Part shown: one piece after another, positions 9,525 through 19,364 of the stretch
How the letters are laid out: every line of letters begins with the position of its first letter
How positions within the stretch are numbered: the stretch's first letter is position 1
Assembly: GCA_011523565.1 (NCBI GenBank)
Contig: WTGL01000027.1
Location: 2,932 to 52,063, forward strand
Length of the DNA stretch: 49,132 bases
Direction of reading: 5' to 3'
Source: Acidobacteriota bacterium
GTDB taxonomy: Bacteria > Acidobacteriota > Thermoanaerobaculia > Multivoradales > Multivoraceae
Notes under the pieces: generated by a model
Databases searched by the model: none
What the model saw: only the letters and a program-made list of their open reading frames with translations
Told to the model about the DNA's origin: nothing
Made by a program: the position numbers and the translations under genes

Positions 9525-10322
9525 TCAGACCGCCTCGGCCAGGGTGTCGCTCAGGCGGGAGAACAGGCCGGCGCCCAAGGCCCACGACGCGGCGGCGATC
9601 GCCGCCATGACGAGCCAGTCCCCGGTCACCGGCAGGCGCCCGAAGAAGAGGAGATCCTGGATCGCGACCGTGAAGGACGTGAACGGGTTCAACTGCACCA
9701 CCTGGGCCAACCCGGGAGGGATGTCGCTCAGCGTGTAGATGATCGGCGCCATGAAGAAGGCCAGCACGAGGACGTTGCCGAGCAGGTCCCGAACGTCCTT
9801 GAAGTGGACGTTCACCGCGGACAGCGCGAAGACGAGGCCCGCCACCATGACCACCTCGATCAGCAGGACGACGGGCAACAGCACGAAGGTCCAGCCGGCG
9901 ATCGGATAGCCGAGCAGCCGGCTCAGGATCAGGGCCACGGCCACGATCGGAAGCGCGAGCAGGAAGTGAACGAGGTTCGCCACCACCGCCACCGCCGGCA
10001 GCACCTCGACCGGAAACACCGCCTTGCGGATCAGCGCGCTGTTGCCGGTCAGGGACGAGCAGCCCTCGAGCAGGGACGTGGACACCCAGATCCAGGGAAA
10101 GAGACCCGTCACCAGGAAGACGCCGTAAGGCTCCGCCGAGACCACGTCGCGAGGCAGGATCTGGCTGAACACGAACGAGTAGACGGCGAGCAGCAGCAGC
10201 GGGTTGATGAGGGACCACAGGAAGCCCAGCACGCTGCCCCGGTAGCGCGCGCGCAGTTCCCGCAACACCAGCGTCCAGACCAGGCCGCGGTAGCGAACCA
10301 GACATCGAGCCACTTCGATCAT
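9525..10322 (-). CDS. wzm: Polysaccharide ABC exporter permease
   Basis: RELRARYRGSVLGFLWSLINPL, LIRKAVFP, FFMAPIIY and multiple transmembrane helices. Confidence 0.9.
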   Translation of the reverse strand: MIEVARCLVRYRGLVWTLVLRELRARYRGSVLGFLWSLINPLLLLAVYSFVFSQILPRDVVSAEPYGVFLVTGLFPWIWVSTSLLEGCSSLTGNSALIRKAVFPVEVLPAVAVVANLVHFLLALPIVAVALILSRLLGYPIAGWTFVLLPVVLLIEVVMVAGLVFALSAVNVHFKDVRDLLGNVLVLAFFMAPIIYTLSDIPPGLAQVVQLNPFTSFTVAIQDLLFFGRLPVTGDWLVMAAIAAASWALGAGLFSRLSDTLAEAV

Positions 10323-10331
10323 CGCCCGAAG

Positions 10332-12509
10332 TCATCTTACGTCCGGCTCTTGGCGGCGCTCGACCTCGAGGTAGACCGGCGCCGGTCCGAGCGGAACGTC
10401 GCCGGAACCCGCTTCCAGCCCGTCGCGGTCCCATGCCCTGCGGACGCGGACGGGGGGCCAAAAGGAGCGGCCGCGGCGGTCGGTCGCCCAGAGCACCTGG
10501 ATCTCCCGACCGGGCCACAACGCCCGGTAGCCGCGCACTCCCGGAGGCAGCCTCAGGCGTTCGACGCCGGCGCCGGCAAGCACGTGCCGGAGCTGACGGA
10601 GGGCAAGGTAGGCCGGCCGCCGGCGCAGGCCGCCGCCCCGCGGATCGATCAGCCCGTAGCCGGCCGCCGCCAACTGCCACCAGAAGACACGCTCGGCGAG
10701 ACCGGTCCCCAGGGCCTCGAGGCAGTAGCGGACGAGGTAGCTGGCCTGGGTGTCCTCGTCGACGGCGACATCGCGGCCGGCGGGGGCGTGGGGCCCTTCC
10801 CGAAGCGGCCAGTTGAACTCGGTGACCCAGCTTCGATCCGACGCGCAGTCGGGCGCCCTGCGGGCCAGGGCGCGCAGCACCGCCAGCTTGCCGGCGAGGT
10901 CGAAACCGAGCTGGCGGTTCTCGGGCGCCCCCCGCCGGTCGACGTAGAGCTGACTCGCCAGGATGTCGAACCGGTGCTCCGGCAACCCCGAGTGCACGAG
11001 TCCGGCTGTCGCGTGCGGCTCGAAGTCGATGACCGCGGGCGCGAGAACGCACCCGTCCCGGTCCGCTGCCCCCACGGCTCTCGCGCCGGCAGCCAGGAGA
11101 TTCCAGTACTCGTCCGGCCGCCACACCCCCCACTTGCTCCGGTTGGGCGCCTGACCGATGAGGAAGGTCTGCCCGAACGGCAACAGAGTGGAGACAGCCT
11201 CCTCCACGCGCCGTCGCCAGAGTCCGCCGTCCCGCACGAGCGACCGGTCCTGGCTCAACTGGAACACGAGCTCGACCGGCCTCCTTTCCGCCCCGCCGAG
11301 GATCTCCGCCAGTTCCAGCAGGTCGCCGTGGAGATCCCGCCAGAGATGGAACCGCAGCAGCACGTTGTCGACCCCGAGATCGTCGATCGCCTCGACCAGG
11401 TCGCCAACCGGCGCCGAGTCCGGACCGACCGCCACGCCGAGGCCGCTGAACGGGATCCTCTCCACGAACCGATCCACCCGGCGCCGAACGCGCTTCGCCT
11501 CGAGAATCGATGCGAACAGCGGTCCGGCGGCACGAAGGAGCGGACGAGCATGATGGGCCGCGTCGCGCAGACGGACCCCGAGGCGCTGGCTACGGGTCGC
11601 GTGCTGGTGAGGCTGGTCGGTGAGCGGATCCCACACCGCCCGTTCCTGAGCCTTCGCGGCCGTGTCCGCGCCCGGGACGTGAGGGTGGGCGCGCCGGCGC
11701 GGCAGCAGCAGGTCGGCGAAGCGCCTCAGTCCCCGCCGGGCGCCGTGCTTGGACCGGATCCTGAGACGGAAACCGTGGTGGTAGAGGTCGAACCAGAGCT
11801 GCAGAAACCGGGGCAGTCCGCCGTCGCGGTAGCCGCGGAGGTACTCGGCGCGGTCCGCCTCGCGCACCACCGGCATCCTGCTGAGATCCCGCAGGCGCTG
11901 GCTCATGGACAGCCGTCTCCGGAACCGGACGCGGTTCAGATCCACCAGGTACAGCTCGGCATCCGTGGTCGGTCCCGACAGGAGCACGTTGCCGGAGGTC
12001 AGATCCCGGAACCAGACGCCGTGGCGGTGCAGTTGCGCGGCCAGGGCGCCGACCCGCCGCAGCAGGACCGATCCGTCGATTTCGGGGAAACGGGCCGCGC
12101 CTTGGCCGGAGTTCAGGGCCCTGAGCACGTAGCGCAACTCCAGGGCCTCCGGCACCCGCCGGCAGACGAACCAGGCGGGGTCCTCCACGGTCGTCGACTC
12201 CGCGTAGAACAGCGGCTCCGGCGTCGGGATGCCGAGACCCCGTAGCCGTCGCGCCGCATGAAAGCTCAGGCGCGCCCGACTGCCCCGCCGGCGGCGGCGA
12301 AGCCTCGCCCGCAGATCGTCGTGACGGAACTGCTTGACCACCACGGCGACATCGTCCCCGTCACGGCGCCGCCACGTTCCTTCATACAGGTAACTCCGGC
12401 CCCAGTGCAGACTGCGGCCGGCATTCGCCGGATCGAGAAGGCGGCGAAGAGCCGCTTCGAAGCCGGCATCCAGGTCGCCCGTGGCCACCGGGTCGACGGC
12501 GCCGGTCAC
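10332..12509 (-). CDS. Fusion of an LPS/Kdo-type kinase (InaA/WaaP-like) N-terminal domain and a glycoside-hydrolase-like TIM-barrel C-terminal domain
   Basis: Kinase motifs VVVKQF, FRDLTSGNVLL, YLVDLNR. C-terminal WVTEFNWP, QASYLVRY, ERVFWWQL, YGLID and RRRPAYLAL resemble clan GH-A barrels. Confidence 0.7.
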   Translation of the reverse strand: MTGAVDPVATGDLDAGFEAALRRLLDPANAGRSLHWGRSYLYEGTWRRRDGDDVAVVVKQFRHDDLRARLRRRRRGSRARLSFHAARRLRGLGIPTPEPLFYAESTTVEDPAWFVCRRVPEALELRYVLRALNSGQGAARFPEIDGSVLLRRVGALAAQLHRHGVWFRDLTSGNVLLSGPTTDAELYLVDLNRVRFRRRLSMSQRLRDLSRMPVVREADRAEYLRGYRDGGLPRFLQLWFDLYHHGFRLRIRSKHGARRGLRRFADLLLPRRRAHPHVPGADTAAKAQERAVWDPLTDQPHQHATRSQRLGVRLRDAAHHARPLLRAAGPLFASILEAKRVRRRVDRFVERIPFSGLGVAVGPDSAPVGDLVEAIDDLGVDNVLLRFHLWRDLHGDLLELAEILGGAERRPVELVFQLSQDRSLVRDGGLWRRRVEEAVSTLLPFGQTFLIGQAPNRSKWGVWRPDEYWNLLAAGARAVGAADRDGCVLAPAVIDFEPHATAGLVHSGLPEHRFDILASQLYVDRRGAPENRQLGFDLAGKLAVLRALARRAPDCASDRSWVTEFNWPLREGPHAPAGRDVAVDEDTQASYLVRYCLEALGTGLAERVFWWQLAAAGYGLIDPRGGGLRRRPAYLALRQLRHVLAGAGVERLRLPPGVRGYRALWPGREIQVLWATDRRGRSFWPPVRVRRAWDRDGLEAGSGDVPLGPAPVYLEVERRQEPDVR

Positions 12510-12553
12510 GCCGTCGAACTCGAACCGGACTTCCGGCCCGTCGGCCTCGGAGT

Positions 12554-13972
12554 TCAGGCCCGCTCCCCCGCCAGTTCGGCCACGACGAAGCGCTCGCGAT
12601 GCAACTCCGGGTCCGCCTGGACGATGATCGGCGCTTCGAAGGCCCCCTGCAGGCCGTCGAGCACCGCCGACTCGGAACCGCGCAGGCCCTCCAGGACCTC
12701 GGGGTGGACCCGCACCGCTACTTGACGGACTCCGCCCCGGGCCCGGGCCAGACAGGTCCGCCGCAACTCCAGGCAGATCGTGGCAACCGACTTGATGCGG
12801 CCCGCCCCCTGACAGTAGGGGCAGTCCGCGGTCAGTAACTGCTCCAGATTCGCGTGGCTGCGCCGGCGGGTCAACTGGACCAGGCCGAATTCCGAGATGT
12901 CGAGCACCCGGTGTCTGGCGCGATCCCTCTTCAACTCCGTCTCCAGGCGGACGAACACCCGCTCGCGGTGGTCCTCGCGCTCCATGTCGATCAGATCGAT
13001 CACCAGGATGCCGGAAAGATCGCGCAGCCGGATCTGGCGCACCGCCTCCACGACCGCCTCCAGGTTCGTCCTGAGAATCGTCTCTTCGAAGTCCGCCGAG
13101 CCCACGTCGCGGCCGGTGTTCACATCGATCGCGACCAGCGCCTCCGTCTGGTCGATCACGAGAAAGCCGCCGGACGGGAGCGGCGCGCGGTTCCGCAGCG
13201 CGGCTTCCACCTGGTCATCTATCCGGTAGCGCTCGAACAGACCTCTCCGGGTCCGCTCCACCCGGTCGAGGAGTTCCGGCTGCACCCGCTCGATGTACTC
13301 CGCGATCCGCCGGTAGGCGTCGGCTCCGTCGACCAGCAGCGCCCCGAAGTCGGCCGAGAAGAGGTCGCGGATCACACGGTGGTCCAACTCGTCCTCGCGG
13401 TGGAGCAGAGCGGGCGCGCGCACGGCCGCCGCCCGCTCCTCGAGCCGGCGCCAGACCGCCAGCAGCGCCGCGTAGTCCGCCCGGATCTGTTCCTCGGCCG
13501 CGCCGGTCGCCGCGGTGCGTACGATGCATCCCGGCGCGGGAGAGTCGTCGTCGCATGCGGCCGATGCCAGTTGCTTCAGGCGATCCCGTTCTCCGGCGTC
13601 GAGGATGCGCTTCGAGACGCCCACACGGTCCGCGGTCGGCGTCAGCACCAGGTAGCGGCCCGGCAGCGTGATCTCGGTGGTGATGCGCGCTCCTTTGCCC
13701 GCCAGCCCATCCTTGGTGACCTGGACGATCAGATCCTGGCCGCGGCGCGGCATCGTGTCCTCGCTCCAGAGGTAGCCGTCACGAGCGAGCCCCAGGTCGA
13801 CGAAAGCCGCTCTCATGCCGGGTAGTACGCGGCGCACCCGGCCCTTGTACAGGTTGCCGACCTGGCCGCGGCGGCCGCGGCGTTCGATCAGCAGTTCGGC
13901 CAACCGGCCGGACTCGACGACGGCGACCCGCGTCTGGAGCGGATCGCTCTCCACCAGAAGCTCTGTGTCCAT
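12554..13972 (-). CDS. rng: Rne/Rng family ribonuclease (RNase G-like)
   Basis: GNLYKGRVRRVLPGMRAAFVDLG, EALVAIDVNTG, QIRLRDLSGILVIDLIDM, CPYCQGAG. Start trimmed to ATG 13972. Confidence 0.92.
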   Translation of the reverse strand: MDTELLVESDPLQTRVAVVESGRLAELLIERRGRRGQVGNLYKGRVRRVLPGMRAAFVDLGLARDGYLWSEDTMPRRGQDLIVQVTKDGLAGKGARITTEITLPGRYLVLTPTADRVGVSKRILDAGERDRLKQLASAACDDDSPAPGCIVRTAATGAAEEQIRADYAALLAVWRRLEERAAAVRAPALLHREDELDHRVIRDLFSADFGALLVDGADAYRRIAEYIERVQPELLDRVERTRRGLFERYRIDDQVEAALRNRAPLPSGGFLVIDQTEALVAIDVNTGRDVGSADFEETILRTNLEAVVEAVRQIRLRDLSGILVIDLIDMEREDHRERVFVRLETELKRDRARHRVLDISEFGLVQLTRRRSHANLEQLLTADCPYCQGAGRIKSVATICLELRRTCLARARGGVRQVAVRVHPEVLEGLRGSESAVLDGLQGAFEAPIIVQADPELHRERFVVAELAGERA

Positions 13973-14015
13973 ACGACGTGGAAGACCGACTTGTCCGCGC
14001 GGGTGCCGGGGCGGA

Positions 14016-15125
14016 TCAGATGTTGACAAACCGCCGCAGGTCGAGGCCGATCATCAGCCCCGTGGCCGCGCAGCAGAAGAGCATGAAGGAGCCGCCGTAG
14101 CTCAGGAAGGGCAGCGGTATGCCGGTGATCGGCAGCAGTCCGACCACCATCGCCGTATTGTAGAGAACGTAGCCGGCGAGAAAGGCCAGCAGCCCGACCA
14201 CCAGCAGCAGACCGGCCGGATCCCGAGCCGCCAGCGCGATGCGGACGCCGTTTCCCAGGTAGAGGAGGAACAGCGCCATCACGAGGGTGACGCCGGCGAA
14301 TCCGTACTCCTCGGCCAGGACCGCGAACACGAAGTCCGTGTGCGGCGTCGGCAGGAAGCGCAGCTTCGACTGCGTCCCTTCGCCGTAGCCCTTGCCCAGG
14401 GCCTGGCCCGATCCGACCGCGATCCGGCTCTGACGCACCTGGTAGCCCGATCCCAGCGGATCCGCCTGGGGCTGGAAGTAGCTCAGGACACGCTCCTTCT
14501 GGTAGTCCTGCAGAGCGAACACCCACAGTCCGGCCACGAGCGCCAGAGCCGCCCCAACCGCGACGAGCGCTGAACGCAGACTGACGCCGGTGACCGCCGT
14601 CATCGCGGCGAGGGCGGGCACGAACATGAGGGCGCCGCCCAGGTCCGGCTGGCGGGCGATCAGGAGCACGGGAAGCGCGCAGATGGCTACCGTCACCCAC
14701 AGGCCGCCGCGCGGTGGAACCGGAGCCTGGGAATCCGCCAGGCGCCGCGCCAGCAGCAGCACCGTCGCGATCTTGCAGAAATCGGAAGGCTGACCGCCGA
14801 GACCGCCGATCCCGATCCAACTGCGGGCACCACCTGCCTCGTGGCCGAAGAACGTCACCGCCGCCAGCGCGAGGACGGCCACCACGTAGATCCAGATGGC
14901 GTACCGAAGCAGAACGGTGTAGTCGACGAGGGCCGCGATGAGCATCACCACGACACCCAGGGCGATCCACAGCGACTGGCGCGAGACATAGCCGGCCGTC
15001 AGTTCGGCGCTCGAGATCAGCACCAGACCCACCATCGACAGGGCCAGCGCCGAGCCGGCGAGCTGCCACGAGACGGTCCGCAGCCGCCGCACCTGGGACC
15101 AGGGATCAGGTCTGGGGAGAAGCAC
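14016..15125 (-). CDS. rodA: Rod shape-determining SEDS glycosyltransferase RodA
   Basis: GARSWI, QPSDFCK, QPDLG, GYQVRQSRIAVGSG, HTDFVFAVLAEE, PLPFLSYGGS. Follows mrdA. Confidence 0.95.
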   Translation of the reverse strand: MLLPRPDPWSQVRRLRTVSWQLAGSALALSMVGLVLISSAELTAGYVSRQSLWIALGVVVMLIAALVDYTVLLRYAIWIYVVAVLALAAVTFFGHEAGGARSWIGIGGLGGQPSDFCKIATVLLLARRLADSQAPVPPRGGLWVTVAICALPVLLIARQPDLGGALMFVPALAAMTAVTGVSLRSALVAVGAALALVAGLWVFALQDYQKERVLSYFQPQADPLGSGYQVRQSRIAVGSGQALGKGYGEGTQSKLRFLPTPHTDFVFAVLAEEYGFAGVTLVMALFLLYLGNGVRIALAARDPAGLLLVVGLLAFLAGYVLYNTAMVVGLLPITGIPLPFLSYGGSFMLFCCAATGLMIGLDLRRFVNI

Positions 15126-16905
15126 CGAAATAGCTCTCGTGCATCCGTCTGGCCAGGGGCGCCGCGACTTCAGAACCCCGGCCGCCGTGTTCGAGGAACA
15201 CGACGACGACCAGTTCGGGCGCAGCGACCGGAGCGTAGGACGTGAACCAGGCGTGGTCCGCGTGCTCGGACGGAAGGTCCTCGGATCGCGTCCAGGTCGC
15301 CTGCGCGATGACCTGGGCGGTGCCGGTCTTCCCCGCGACCGTCACCACCGGGTTCCTGGCGCTGCGGCCGGTGCCCGTCTCCACGACATTGGCCAGCGCG
15401 TCCGCGACGAAGGCCACGACCCCGGCATCGAGGCCGATCGGCTCCGGCCGCCGCGCTCCTCCCGCCAGCACGTAGGGGCGCACCAGGAAGCCTCCGTTCG
15501 CAACCGCCGCCGTCATCACCGCCACCTGGAGCGGTGTGGTCAGCAGCGGTCCCTGGCCGATCGCCACCGAAACCGTCTCGCCGGGATACCAGGGCAGCCC
15601 CCGGCTCGTGAGGCTCCACTCGGCATCGGGCACCAGTCCTTCGCGTTCGCTGGGGAACTCGATACCCGTCGGCTCCCCGAGCCCCAACCGGCGAGCGTGG
15701 CGGGCGATCGTCTCGATCCCCATCTTCATGCCCTGGCGATAGAAGTAGATGTCGCAGGAGTGTTGAAGGGCGCCGCGCAGATTCAGGCGACCGTGACCCC
15801 TCGATTGCCAGCAGCGCCAGCGGCGGTCGTAGATTCGTGTCGCGCCCCCGCACCAGATCCGTTCCTCCGGATGGATCAGGCCTTCCGCCAGACCCGCCAC
15901 CGCCATGACGATCTTGAACACCGACCCCGGCGGATAGGTGTTCTGGATGGCCCGGTTCTGAAGAGGTCGGTTCGGCGCGCCGACGATCCGCTCCCAATCC
16001 TCCTGGTTGAGCCGGCCGGCGAAGCCGTTCGGATCGAAGGAAGGCGAGGAGGCCATGGCCCGCACCGCGCCGTCCCTCGGGTCGAGTGCCACGATCGCGC
16101 CGACCTTGTCCCCCAGCAGGCTTTGCGCTTCCTGCTGCAACCGGAGGTCGACCGTCAAGTGGACGGACTCGCCGGGCACGGCGTCGAGCCGGTCGACGTC
16201 CTCCTCGGACACCAACCGACCCCGGCTGTCGACGACCACCGTGCGCTCGCCGGCCGTGCCGCGCAGTGTGCGGTCACGCAAGCGCTCCACGCCGCTGCGG
16301 CCGATCATGTCGGCGGCGGCCAGGGTGGGATCCCGATCCTGCTCAGCGGCCGTGGGTTCGCTGAGATATCCGAGAAGATGGGCGGTCTGGTCGCTGTGCC
16401 GGTAGAGGCGTCGCCTGGAAGCGGAGACCTCGAACTCAGGGTGCTCCAGGATCGAGACCTCGAAGCGTGCGACCTGGTTCAACTCCAGTTCCTCCGCCAG
16501 CAGAACGGGAACGTCCGAACCGACGCCGCGGTACCGCTCGAGCGAGCGCTCCAGGTCCTTCCTGTCGCTGCCGAGGATGTCGGCCGCGAACGCCAGGCTC
16601 TTCTCCAGATCGGCGCTTCGCCCGCGGACGATCAGCAGCCGGAAGGTGGGCGTGTTCTCAGCCAGGAGTTGACCGGTGTGGTCGTAGATCAACCCGCGAG
16701 GCGCGTCCAGCCGCAGGATCCGCAAGCGGTTGTTCTCAGCCAGGCGACCGTAGTGCTCCCCGCGAACGACCTGGTAGTACCAGTACGAACCCAGGATGAC
16801 GGCGAAAACGACCGCGAGGGACCCGACAAACCACTTCAGGCGGGTCGCCATCAGCAGCAGCACGCGATCCGCGCTGTGTTCGTGGCCATGGCTCTCCAGG
16901 TTCAC
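15106..16905 (-). CDS. mrdA: Penicillin-binding protein 2
   Basis: APRGLIYD, YPPGSVFK (SxxK), SCD (SxD), AGKTGTAQ. GTG 16905 has a GGAGG RBS. Confidence 0.94.
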   Translation of the reverse strand: MNLESHGHEHSADRVLLLMATRLKWFVGSLAVVFAVILGSYWYYQVVRGEHYGRLAENNRLRILRLDAPRGLIYDHTGQLLAENTPTFRLLIVRGRSADLEKSLAFAADILGSDRKDLERSLERYRGVGSDVPVLLAEELELNQVARFEVSILEHPEFEVSASRRRLYRHSDQTAHLLGYLSEPTAAEQDRDPTLAAADMIGRSGVERLRDRTLRGTAGERTVVVDSRGRLVSEEDVDRLDAVPGESVHLTVDLRLQQEAQSLLGDKVGAIVALDPRDGAVRAMASSPSFDPNGFAGRLNQEDWERIVGAPNRPLQNRAIQNTYPPGSVFKIVMAVAGLAEGLIHPEERIWCGGATRIYDRRWRCWQSRGHGRLNLRGALQHSCDIYFYRQGMKMGIETIARHARRLGLGEPTGIEFPSEREGLVPDAEWSLTSRGLPWYPGETVSVAIGQGPLLTTPLQVAVMTAAVANGGFLVRPYVLAGGARRPEPIGLDAGVVAFVADALANVVETGTGRSARNPVVTVAGKTGTAQVIAQATWTRSEDLPSEHADHAWFTSYAPVAAPELVVVVFLEHGGRGSEVAAPLARRMHESYFGASPQT

Positions 16906-16919
16906 CGCTGCCTCCGGGG

Positions 16920-17438
16920 CTACTTCGAACGAACTCGTCTCGCCGCCAGTGTACGCCGCCTGACGGCCCATTCTCGCAGTCGACCGGCCAGCCACAGGTA
17001 TGCCAGGCCCGCCGCGCTCGTCAGGAGAGCCCGTGAGAGGACGACGAGTACGTCCGGGTCGACGTCGGCAATGTCGAGAACGGTGAGCAGGCCGATCACC
17101 AGGACCTGATGAACCATTACGCCCACCGCGATCAGGAGTCCTGCCACCATGCGCTGGTTCGTCAGGATCCGCTGCGACGCTCGCGCGACCGCGTAGCCGA
17201 CGACACAGCAGGCCAGGCTGTGCAGACCGAAGAGCGAGGCCGTGAGGGTGTCCTGGACCAGGCCGGCCGCGAGACCGCCGGTCAGACCGTGAAGCGAGTT
17301 CCCCCTGAGGCTGGTGAGGATGACCAGCAGGACGAACAGCTCGACGACGTTCGCCGCCGCGGGCAGCACTTCACCAAGCAGGACCTCGACGAGAGCGACC
17401 GCCGCCAGAGCACCGGCGAACCTACCGGCCGACGCCAT
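16920..17438 (-). CDS. mreD: Rod shape-determining protein MreD
   Basis: Hydrophobic protein (GLAAGLVQDTL...FGLHSL) lying between mreC and mrdA. Confidence 0.85.
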   Translation of the reverse strand: MASAGRFAGALAAVALVEVLLGEVLPAAANVVELFVLLVILTSLRGNSLHGLTGGLAAGLVQDTLTASLFGLHSLACCVVGYAVARASQRILTNQRMVAGLLIAVGVMVHQVLVIGLLTVLDIADVDPDVLVVLSRALLTSAAGLAYLWLAGRLREWAVRRRTLAARRVRSK

Positions 17439-18261
17439 CGCCACCGTCCATGTACACCTCGGGCACCGGGTCGCGCCGCCAGATGTACGCATGGCTGAGC
17501 GAACCCAGATCGACGCTCGGGACCACCCTGATGGCGTGGAACAGGTCGCCGCCGGACTCGACCGAAGTGATCGTGCCGATCGGGATGCCGCGCGGAAAGA
17601 AACCGTCGATGCCGGCAGTGATCACCCGGTCTCCGCGTTGCACGTCGACCTGCAGCGGCAGGAACATGAGAGAAAGCGCGGCGGGATCGACGCCGCGGAC
17701 GATGCCCTGGCGACGCGTACGCTCGACCATGGCCCCAACCGAGGAATCGCGGTCGGTGACCAGCAACACCCGGGCATAGCCGGCGCCGGACGAAACGACG
17801 CGCCCCAGCAGACCCTCAGCCGTCGTCACGGGTCTGCGTGACCAGTCCTCCCGCCTGGCGCCCGCCGGCAGGCGCAGGATCGCGGTACGCCGATTGAGGG
17901 AGTGGTGATCGACGTAGACGACATCCGCCAGCAGCAGATCCGCATCCTCGGGCGGCTCGTAGCGCAGTTGTTTCGAGACCAGGTCGCTCTCCAGGCGGGC
18001 GCCCACGCTGGCCGCGTATGCCGCCTCGATCTCGCGCAGGCGCCCGCGCAGCTCCACGTTCTCGCGCTCGAGTTCGGCCCGGGCAGCCCGGCCCCGGCGA
18101 ACGCGGTCGACAGTCTCGCCAACGGCGGCGACGAACTGCTTGACCGGGCCCTCGACCCATAGCGCCAGATCCCCGGCTCTCTGCGGCTCCTGGACCGTGA
18201 GCAACGCCAGCAGAGCGACCACGACGCCACCGAACAGGATCGCGACCCGGCGCTCGCTCAT
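17422..18261 (-). CDS. mreC: Rod shape-determining protein MreC
   Basis: N-terminal TM helix, coiled coil (ELERENVELR), GLLGRV, GDRVITAGIDGFFPRGIPIG. Confidence 0.92.
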   Translation of the reverse strand: MSERRVAILFGGVVVALLALLTVQEPQRAGDLALWVEGPVKQFVAAVGETVDRVRRGRAARAELERENVELRGRLREIEAAYAASVGARLESDLVSKQLRYEPPEDADLLLADVVYVDHHSLNRRTAILRLPAGARREDWSRRPVTTAEGLLGRVVSSGAGYARVLLVTDRDSSVGAMVERTRRQGIVRGVDPAALSLMFLPLQVDVQRGDRVITAGIDGFFPRGIPIGTITSVESGGDLFHAIRVVPSVDLGSLSHAYIWRRDPVPEVYMDGGDGVGR

Positions 18262-18285
18262 CCAAGGAGACCCTAGCTCTCGTCC

Positions 18286-19302
18286 CTAGCGAACGGAGAC
18301 CCTTCGCAGCAGATCGATGTCCCGCAGTGCCCGGCCCGCGCCGAGAACGACGGACGCAAGCGGATCCTCGGCGGCGAAGACCGGCAGTCCCGTCTCCTCG
18401 CGCAGGCGCTGGTCCAGTGCAAGAAGCAGCGCACCGCCACCGGACAGCACGACGCCCTTGTCCATCACGTCCGCCGAGAGTTCCGGCGGCATCCGTTCGA
18501 GGGCCTGGAGCACCGAGTTGACGATCGCGGACACCGGCTCGGCCAGCGCTTCACGGATCTCGTCGTCGGAGATCTTCAGACTGCGCGGCACGCCCTTCAC
18601 GAGGTCCCGCCCCTTGATGTCCATGTGCATCGCCTTCTGGAGAGGAAACGCGGAACCGAGTTCTATCTTGATTTCCTCCGCCGTCCGCTCGCCGACCAGC
18701 AGATTGTGCTTGCGCTTGAGATGCTGGGCGATCGCGTCGTCCATCGCGTTTCCCGCCACCCGCAACGACCTGCTGTACACCGTACCGGCAAGCGAGATGA
18801 CGGCGACATCGGTCGTGCCGCCCCCAATGTCCACGATCATGTTGCCGGTCGGTTCGGTGATCGGCAGACCGGCGCCGATCGCGGCCATCATGGCCTGCTC
18901 GACCAGGAAGACCTCCGAGGCGCCGGCGCTCATGGCCGACTCCAGCACCGCGCGCTTCTCCACGGGAGTGATCTCGGACGGCACGCCGATCACGATCCGC
19001 GGGCGAGCAAAGCGCCGGCCGTGGTGTGCCTTCCGAATGAAGTACTTGAGCATCTGCTCGGTCATCTCGAAGTCGGCGATCACGCCGTCCTTCATCGGCC
19101 GCACCAGCACGAGGATCCCCGGCGTGCGGCCCAGCATCTGCTTGGCCTCGGCGCCGACCGCCTCGATCCGGTTGCTCTGGTTGTTCACGACCACGACCGA
19201 CGGCTCGCGCACGACGATGCCGTTCGCCTGGGTGAACACCAGGGTGTTCGCGGTCCCCAGGTCGATTGCCAGATCGCTGGAGAACCAATGCAGGAATCGC
19301 AT
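18286..19302 (-). CDS. mreB: Rod shape-determining protein MreB
   Basis: DLAIDLGTANTL, RPMKDGVIADF, IVDIGGGTTDVAVISL, GERTAEEIKI. Confidence 0.98.
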   Translation of the reverse strand: MRFLHWFSSDLAIDLGTANTLVFTQANGIVVREPSVVVVNNQSNRIEAVGAEAKQMLGRTPGILVLVRPMKDGVIADFEMTEQMLKYFIRKAHHGRRFARPRIVIGVPSEITPVEKRAVLESAMSAGASEVFLVEQAMMAAIGAGLPITEPTGNMIVDIGGGTTDVAVISLAGTVYSRSLRVAGNAMDDAIAQHLKRKHNLLVGERTAEEIKIELGSAFPLQKAMHMDIKGRDLVKGVPRSLKISDDEIREALAEPVSAIVNSVLQALERMPPELSADVMDKGVVLSGGGALLLALDQRLREETGLPVFAAEDPLASVVLGAGRALRDIDLLRRVSVR

Positions 19303-19364
19303 CGCGGCGAACCTTATCCTGTTACCATCGCGGCCGCCTGCGCTCGCGGCAGGGAGCCACCGCC

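Noticed and set aside
13730-13790. Short S1 region in the RNase G-like protein as a possible deletion
   Set aside because: The missing residues fall in a loop that varies in length across the family, and the flanking motifs are intact.
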